From: Eledone cirrhosa
Lineage: Eukaryota
Length of the DNA: 64,000 bases
Assembly: GCA_964016885.1 (NCBI GenBank)
Contig: OZ024755.1
Coordinates: 18,228,001 to 18,292,000 of the forward strand
Direction: 5' to 3'
Part shown: positions 55,713 to 64,000 of the stretch, in pieces
Numbering within the stretch: the first letter of the stretch is position 1
How the letters are laid out: every line of letters starts with the position of its first letter
Made by a program: the position numbers and the translations under genes
Notes under the pieces: generated by a model
What the model saw: the letters and a program-made list of their open reading frames with translations, nothing else
What the model was told of the DNA's origin: nothing
The model's database searches: none

Positions 55713-56480
55713 ATATTAAATAAATGGAAACTATATTTATAAAACCATATTTATTCTATTATATATATTTCAAGGGTACCAAAAATGTTGGTACGCTATC
55801 ATCAGATAAAATACAAAGTTTGTTTTATAAATATTTGACATGACCAAAGATAATATACCTTAACGGTTCAAGTTATCCCTGGAAAGTGACGGGAGGAGAG
55901 AAGAAAAGTCAGATATTTAAAATTATTAATGAGTATGCAAATGATGCTAATATTAAGGGACTGAAAAGACGTTATTTTAGACGGTATGGAAAATTTAAAT
56001 AATTATGATAAGGAAGGAAAGAAGAGAAAGAGAGAGGAATAACGTTAATTTTGGGGAAAAAATTTGTTACCTATATTATGAGTTATAATATTGTATATAA
56101 ATTATATGAAGACTTATGGTTGTAAGTATTTTTATCTTATTATATTTGGATAGGTTATATGTATATAAATATCTCTATATATTAATAAGTTGCGTATGTA
56201 TTGACTTTTTATATAACAAATATGAGTTACGAAGGATGTTGAAATTTTAAGTTGTGAGATTAGAATAATTTGTGGATTCAAAAATTTTCAACATTGAGAA
56301 TGTTTACAGAATATTGTTAATTTAACGAAGCTATATAAATTATCAAACAAAAATTGTTAAAGAAGAAGGAAAGTAAGAAAAAGGAAAATTGAATACTTAC
56401 TCCAGAAATCTGTCGAGTGCTCTGAATCAGTTATAAACATCTATATTTGTTGGATTACCACAAATTAAATATCTCTTCTC
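55705..56480 (-). mobile_element. Longer Penelope-like remnant with hammerhead 55753-55812
   Basis: Inverted homolog of 50178-50382 with an extra ~550 bp internal AT-rich segment and an actcc…gagtgctc tail. Confidence 0.6.
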
Positions 56481-56485
56481 TCCCC

Positions 56486-56520
<35 letters not shown>

Positions 56521-56799
56521 TCGTTTCTGAAGAGGTCACAGAGTGTGTGACGAAAGAACTATGACAATATATAAACAACTATCTGGTTGTGGAACCAACC
56601 AACCAACCAACCAGAAATTTATAAATTTATAAATTTATTATAAATTTATTATAATAAATTGAAGTGAAAGCAACTGGTGCGTGTGTTTCTTATTGGCAAC
56701 ATGACCCTCCCAAAGTATAACAATATATATATATATATATATAAAATAATTAAGTCAAATATGTAAAATTTGGCTTCGTTTATTATAAATTATAAATAT

Positions 56800-56854
56800 A
56801 CTGCTATATATATTTCGGTGACAGCCATCAAAGGGTGTGACCTCTTCAGGCAGT
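56800..56854 (-). ncRNA. Minimal hammerhead ribozyme
   Basis: actgc-CTGAAGA-ggtcac…gtcacc-GAAA-t-atat-a-ta-gcagt, with a perfect 5-bp stem I. Confidence 0.7.
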
Positions 56855-57143
56855 CCGAATTGGTGTGGCAAAGACAGGTACACATGTTGTTGAAGTGTGT
56901 TTTACTCCGTCAATGTCAATACATTGGTATGTCCAGCTCCTGGTTGTGTTGTTATTCCTCTGAGGAACTGGAATCATATATATATATATATATCCGTCGA
57001 TACGGCTTGAGCTCTGCCGTCGGGGTCCTGAACCTTTTCCTATTACCCACCATACTACCCAAAGTATCGAGTACTCTGGTGCATTATGGTCCACCTGGTT
57101 CCTTACCACACTTCCTTCGTTATATATATATATATATATATAT

Positions 57144-57259
57144 AATTGTTTCTACTTTTGGCACAAGGCCAGCAATTATCCCAGTGTATTACTGGTACTT
57201 TATTTTATCGACCCTGTAAGGATGAAAGGCAAAGTTAACCTCGGCGGGAATTGAACTCA
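57144..57259 (-). mobile_element. SINE family A
   Basis: Matches the family sequence. Confidence 0.85.
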
Positions 57260-57269
57260 TATATATATA

Positions 57270-57344
<75 letters not shown>

Positions 57345-57354
<10 letters not shown>

Positions 57355-58079
57355 AGCTTTACTTGCCCTGATGAGTCCTTAATAGGACGAAACATTGTTG
57401 GCTAATAAAGACTTTTGAAGTATTGAAGGCTTCTTTGGTTTATTTTTTATAATTCTTCGGCTCTGTTTAATTACATTGAGCTATATCTTATACTGTCATT
57501 TCTATAATATGAAGAGGGTGTTTAACTCCAACACACTCTAGTATTTTAATTCTTATATATATATATATATATATATATATGATATTAAATAAATGGAAAC
57601 TATATTTATAAAACCATATTTATTTCATTATATATATTTCAGGGATATCATATTAACAATATGTCTGAAGAAGGCATAACATATTGTTAATATGATATCC
57701 CTGAAAGATATATAATGAAATAAATATGGTTTTATAAATATAGTTTCCATTTATTTAATATCATAAATATACTCCAAATACTTGTTGAGTGCTTTTATAT
57801 CAGTTATAAATATTTACTCGTTGTTAACCCAACAATTTAAATATAACTTTCCATATATATATATATATATATATATTATTGTAGCTTTACTTGCCCTGAT
57901 GAGTCCTTAATAGGACGAAACATTGTTGGCTAATAAAGACTTTTGAAGTATTGAAGGCTTCTTTGGTTTATTTTTTATAATTCTTCGGCTCTGTTTAATT
58001 ACATTGAGCTATATCTTATACTGTCATTTCTATAATATGAAGAGGGTGTTTAACTCCAACACACTCTAGTATTTTAATT

Positions 58080-58129
<50 letters not shown>

Positions 58130-58396
58130 ATTAAATAAATGGAAACTATATTTATAAAACCATATTTATTTCATTATATATATTTCAGGGATATCATATT
58201 AACAATATGTCTGAAGAAGGCATAACATATTGTTAATATGATATCCCTGAAAGATATATAATGAAATAAATATGGTTTTATAAATATAGTTTCCATTTAT
58301 TTAATATCATAAATATACTCCAAATACTTGTTGAGTGCTTTTATATCAGTTATAAATATTTACTCGTTGTTAACCCAACAATTTAAATATAACTTT

Positions 58397-58400
<4 letters not shown>
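57345..58400 (+). repeat. Tandem duplication (~530-545 bp x2) of two adjacent Penelope-like inserts
   Basis: 57345-57855 matches 57873-58400, differing mainly in (TA)n length. Confidence 0.9.
57365..57402 (+). ncRNA. Minimal hammerhead ribozyme (duplicate at 57893-57930)
   Basis: gcc-CTGATGA-gtcc-ttaata-ggac-GAAA-c-att-g-tt-ggc. Confidence 0.7.
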
Positions 58401-58431
<31 letters not shown>

Positions 58432-59174
58432 GTATCTGTATTTAAGTTTGCGTATGTGATTGCGTTTGTTTTTTGTTTTTGTTTTGTTTTGTTTTGTTTT
58501 TTTACAGTATATGGAAGGGATATATTAGGTGAAAGCCAGAGGCGTGGTTTCACTGCTCAGTATTATTGTATATTGTACAGCATATTGAAGTATTTAAGAC
58601 TATTCAACAGAATTCGTAATATAATCAGCTTGTCTCCCCACAGCCCCGGCCAACAGAGAAGGTGTTTCTCCGGGGGAAGGCAAGGGAGACGCGCTGGAAG
58701 AGCCAGTCCAACTCGCGGGGCTCACACCTGCGGCTGGCCAGCTCAGCGCCATATGCGGTGAGTAGGGAGGTAGCCCTAGGGCCGAGGACACCAGTGTTTA
58801 TGTATAAGTTTATCTTTATGCGTGTGACTCCTTCTATCGTTTTGTCCGACCGCTTATTTATATATATTTTTTTCCCTATGTATTTGCGTATGTATATGTT
58901 TGCAGACTAGTGTGTTTAAACGCTTGTGTCTATTCCATGTATATATATTTATTTTTATTTTTATTTTTAATTTCATTCGCACCGTTTCCTTTCGCTATAT
59001 GTCTCTCCACCACTCCCCTACACACCCTTTGAACTCTGTTCCCACACACTTTTCACCTGAGGAAGGGCTTATGCCCGAAACGTCGTTCCCCACAAACACC
59101 CCACTCTCCAGAGCGTGAAATTAATAAACATTCGTTGTACTGCCTCTCTGTTTTGTTCCTGTTCAAATTTTTCC

Positions 59175-59223
<49 letters not shown>

Positions 59224-59295
59224 GTGCACGCGTATTTGTTATATTTATATATACGTATTTATATACTTTTTTACTTATGAGTTCGTAGTCTTACC

Positions 59296-59337
<42 letters not shown>

Positions 59338-59384
59338 TATATATAATAAATATATAATATATATATATATGTTATTATATGGAT

Positions 59385-59527
59385 GGTGAGTTACGGCCCT
59401 TTCCATTCTGAGTTCAAATCCCGCTGAAGTTAACTTTGCCTTTCATCCTTACGGGGTCGATAAAATAAAGTACCAGTAATGCACTGGGTATTTGCTGGCC
59501 TTGTGCCAAAAGTAGCAACAATTATTA
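59385..59527 (+). mobile_element. SINE family A
   Basis: Matches the family sequence. Confidence 0.85.
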
Positions 59528-59534
59528 TATGGAT

Positions 59535-61207
59535 GGTAACCATCCATTTCACATCCCCTTCTTCATTCTTACTGAGACCCACCTTGACAGCTCCCATTTG
59601 GAGGCCGAATTAAGAGTGAGGAATTTCACAACTATCCGCACGGATCCTGTTGACAAAAGGACGGAACTGCCATTTTCCTGCATGATTCCTTTACAGCAGA
59701 TGGTAACACAATATTCTCGAATGGCTACTGTGAATCAGTCACTGTGCACAACAAAGCCAATGACCTAATATTAGTTGGGCTCCATAGGCCACCCCAAACA
59801 CCCATAATGTGCTTCAAAGTATGCCTCAACAGCATTAAGTGCTTTATTCAACAGTGCCATTCTATTAAGATACTTTTGATGGGAGACTTTAATCTACCCT
59901 GTGTCGATTGGTCTACAAACGGCTTGAAACCAGGCACTCCAACCTCAACCACTGACAAAGAAGCAGTCGAGTCACTTCTCGAATTTATGAATAAGTTTTT
60001 CTTGTCCCAACTTGTCCTTGCACGAACAAGGCATCAGAAGAACATTCTGGACCTACTGTTTAGTAACTACACTAACACTATACATAACATTACAGTAGAA
60101 AAAACCCTTCTCTCAGACCATGGTTCTTTGTAACCTGAGATTCCACCAGCCGAAAGCTAATCCAAGTGACCTCTTTCCAGCCCACCCATTTGATAACATG
60201 GATCTCTACAATGCCAACTGGGGTGCAATTATGAACGAACTATCACATGTTGACTGGTCTTTTACACAGGCACTCATTTCCACCAACATCAAAACATCTT
60301 AGCAGATCTTTGTAGACACTGTCACAAATATATGTGCAAAACCTGTGAACAAAACTAAGTGCAGTATCCTCCCAAACAGTATAAATATTATCAGAAAAAT
60401 AAAAAGAACAAACAAAAAATTAGCACACTAAAATACTGCCAACAGCAACACACACATTCGGCGGCTATCGCCCTGCATTGAATCAAATAAATATAACCTC
60501 CAACAATGCATGAAGACCATCACCAATAACCAAACAACAGTTGAAGAGAAGTGGGCCATTGAGAAAATCAAACTCAACCCCAGAGTGTTCTTTTCATTTG
60601 CGAAAAAACACAAGGTCACTGTCTCCACTGTTGGCCCTCTAGTTGATGAAAATGGCACACTCCAAGATAATGCCAAAACCATGGACGAGATACTGCAGAA
60701 ACAATATTGCTCTGTTTTCAGCAATCCTGATATGGCCGATCTGAGCTGTATCAGTGATGTTACTCCCCAAAACACTATATCGGACATAACGTTTGGCGCC
60801 CCTGATGTCTTAGCGGCAATAAACGAAATTAAACACAATTCAGCAGTAGGCTCCGATAGGTTCCCTGCTTGTGTCCTGAAGGTGTGTCGACACCAACTTG
60901 CATCTCCTCTTGCTAATCTGTGGAGGAACTAACTGGATACTAGCTATATTCGTGAAAACTTTTTGTCCCAGTCCGTTCTCCCAGTTTTCAAAAAGGGAAA
61001 TAACTCCCTTGCAGTGAACTACCGTCCGATGTCATTCACCTCGCATATCATCAAGGTATTTGAGAGGGTGGTGAGATCACGAATAACCCACATTCTCGAA
61101 AGCAACGGCGTGCTAAACTCCAACCAACGTGGGTTCCGTAATAGAAGGGGCTGCCTAACGCAGCCCCAACATCACTTTGACGATGTTTTGAGAGACTTGT
61201 GAGAGGG
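59535..61207 (+). pseudogene. CR1/L2-clade LINE ORF2 (APE endonuclease and start of RT), frameshifted and truncated
   Basis: LTETHL, GLHRPP, LLMGDFNLP, ILDLLFSN, LSDH; then SAVGSDRFP, LASPL, PVFKKG, NYRPMSFTS..KVFER, NQRGFR, split over several frames. Confidence 0.92.
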
Positions 61208-61575
61208 CTCTCTCTATATATATAATATATATCTATATATGATATATATATAACATATATATGCATATATAATATATATAATATATCTATATATCTCTAT
61301 ATTTAATATATATATATATATGATATATATATATGATATATATATAAGATACATATATATAATATATATATTACATATATATATATAATATATATGTATA
61401 ATATATATATATGATATATTTACATATTATATATATAATATATATATACGTAATATATATATAATATATATATGTATATAATTTATATATATGATATACA
61501 GTATATCAAAGTTATATATATGTAATATATATATATAATAGTTATATACAATATATATATATATAATATATATAT

Positions 61576-61780
61576 CTATATATCTAAAACAGAGAATGTC
61601 TGTCTGTCTCCCTAAAACTCGAGAACCACGCAACCGATTGTTTTCAAACTTTACACATGTAATACTTATGGTCCTGTGAGTGCTTTGAGCACAAAACAAT
61701 TCAAATTTTCAAAAGGTGTTGCGACAATAACTGGGGGCCTTTCACTCCCAGGTGAAAAGACAAAACAAAAAAAACTATTA
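61576..61780 (+). mobile_element. 5' part of a non-autonomous Helitron-like element
   Basis: Starts tctatatat, then (gtct)n and aaccgattgttttcaaactttacac, paralleling the 5' end of the 41381-42163 element. Confidence 0.5.
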
Positions 61781-61831
61781 TTTGGATGGCCGTTGACTCT
61801 GTTGAGTTCCTCTGCCCTTTGCCAGGTCTTT

Positions 61832-61876
<45 letters not shown>

Positions 61877-61914
61877 CGCACACACACATATATATATATA
61901 TACATACATATATA

Positions 61915-61954
<40 letters not shown>

Positions 61955-62339
61955 AATATAATAATGGAGCTGCGGCGCTGCAAATGGGTTACATATGAAA
62001 AAGTTTGTCCTCATCAATGGCCATCCAACCGTCGTAGGCATTTCGTCGCATTAAAGGCCATATACCTCAGGTTGGTGCGAGCAACGGCTAAAAAAAAGTC
62101 GTTGGGACACGTAAATAAAGGGGACGCTAGGGTAAACAAACAAAAAGGTTTAAGCAGCAGAAAGAGAGGAAGAAGGAAACAAGTCCCAGATTTCTATGAA
62201 TATAAATTCGGTATATATATATACACACACACACACACATACATATATATACACACATATATATATATATACACATATATACATACACACACACATATAT
62301 ATATATATATACGTACTCCTGTAACTGTCTGATGCCCTC

Positions 62340-62458
62340 TTCCTTATAAGACAGTTACTGGAAAAGTACGTTGCTAAAAGTAAGCCTCTCTACCTGGCAG
62401 ATGTTGATCTGGAGAAAGCTTTCGACAGAGTGTCCTGTGACATAAACTGGTGGGCTCC
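62340..62458 (+). pseudogene. RTE-clade RT fragment
   Basis: FLIRQLLEKYVAKSKPLYLADVDLEKAFDRVSCDINWWA. Confidence 0.8.
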
Positions 62459-62929
62459 AGTGGGATGTTACCCGTCTTGTGTACGCCTGGGGTGGGGTCG
62501 ATAGATTGGCATATGTAGCAACTCCCGACCACTTGACTTGGCTAGGAATAGGGTCCTATCCACTCCCATATAATGCATGGTATGCCACCTCCTCAACTCC
62601 AAGTCACTCAGTTATCTCCTTTTCCCCATCGCCTGGCGCTTCCAGCCAGGCCTTCTTCACCCTGGTTAAGAGGTCCTCCCTATTATTCTCTGAGGGTACA
62701 TGACCACACTCAACTTCAGATAGAATTCAGCAGCAAAAGTTCCCAGGTGGCGCTTATTAATATTTCTTTTGCCCCTCTTGTTCACACCTTCTTCTCACTG
62801 GTGAGCACTGACCTCACCCATCTGAGTACAGTGACTGAATCAGTACGAATCTCTATGGTGTACAGCCTCCATCTCAGGGCGTTGATGTGGTTACAGTCCT
62901 TCTTACTGGGTTAGGGTGCGCCCTGGACC

Positions 62930-63870
62930 TCGACACCTCCTATTACCAGAGTGACCCTAGCACTATGCTGCTGGCATCACACCATACGGTCTCATTTTCT
63001 GATTTGAGGACGTATCAGCTTCCTCTTACTGGGTCGTCCGCCTTTACTGTCTCCTTGATCTCCTGCATCATGGTCACTATCTTGTCTCCCCAGCTCACCC
63101 TGTCCACTCATCTCCTGACAGCTGCATACTGTTCGGTACCACCCTGCGATTGGAGACTGGCCCACAAATTTCCAACACATTGAGAAAAGTTCTCACCTGT
63201 CCATGTCCAGTTCTGGGACTTCATTTCTCCTCCGAAATACCAGTGTGCCCGTCTTGTCTCTTTGCAGCTCGAGTCCCAGTGTGGCTCCTCCCTCCATCGC
63301 TTCTGGCGGTTAACTCTAACCTTCCTAAGTGACTTGCATCGGTAGCAAATCATATCTAGCTTCGGCTCTCTGCAGTCCCTTTCCATATGCAGACCCTGAC
63401 ACCAGAAGCACTGAACGCCAACTGACGAGTGTTCACGAGGGCTCTTCTCCCCTTGTCGACTGCCATTGGCTTCTGTCACTGCAACATTCCACTCAGTACC
63501 TTGTCACTATACAACACTGTGTGATTAGCTCGCCTGGCAACTGTTGGAGCTTCACCGTAATCTCATCTGGGAAACCATTCACAAACACCATCTGCACAAC
63601 CCTTTTAAGGTTTCCCCCCTGTCAACTCGGTTAGCGTAGTCAACCGCCGTATTTCTGCTGCAAATAAGTCCACCTGCTCTCTCGTCCATCTCACTTTGCC
63701 TAGCTTGGTGAAAGCAGCATAAGACCCCTCAGTGAATGCTTCCTGAAGACATTCTATTTTCTACAAGTTCAGATGGTCATCCATCTTGAGGTACAATGTT
63801 ACTGCATTGCTATCGAGATAGAGAGCCGTTAGGCCAACCACGTTTTCGATAACTTTTTAGGCATGATTTC
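62930..63870 (-). pseudogene. Degenerate LTR-retrotransposon (Gypsy-like) gag region
   Basis: Zinc-knuckle-like CFWCQGLHMERDC followed by ICYRC, broken by stops. A possible primer-binding site TGGTGACAG lies on minus at ~63888-63896. Confidence 0.6.
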
Positions 63871-64000
63871 TATAAGTGCCTCCTTTCCTGTCACCAACCA
63901 CCTTGAAGATAGGTTGCTGGTCATTGTCACAACAGATGAACTCTCTGTTCTGTGTGTGATGGCGTGAGTGGGAGCGATAGAAGGCAAATAAGTACGAAGT

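Overview
AT-rich eukaryotic DNA with no intact host gene. The SINE family (…actggtactttattttatcgaccccgtaaggatgaaaggcaaagt…) and dense (TA)n tracts suggest an octopod cephalopod; this is recalled from memory, not searched. From ~13.0 to ~53.1 kb lies a nested tandem array. About 4.4 near-identical 6.7-6.8 kb units are followed by two older, diverged modules. Each unit carries a fossil CR1-like reverse-transcriptase sequence on the minus strand and two large inverted-repeat modules. Each module holds convergent ~80-nt tRNA-like (A-box/B-box) cassettes, each preceded by a strongly conserved TATA-containing 26-mer, giving roughly 30 cassettes in total. The cassettes resemble tRNA-Glu with an apparently inverted anticodon loop. 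The central spacer of one module type occurs in both orientations. Microsatellites across the window carry many short Penelope-like fold-back inserts with minimal hammerhead ribozyme cores. Also present are a clean non-autonomous Helitron, a hAT MITE with TSD, SINEs, RTE/CR1/Gypsy relics and minisatellites. Almost all ORFs in the supplied track are microsatellite or antisense artefacts. All alignments were done by eye.
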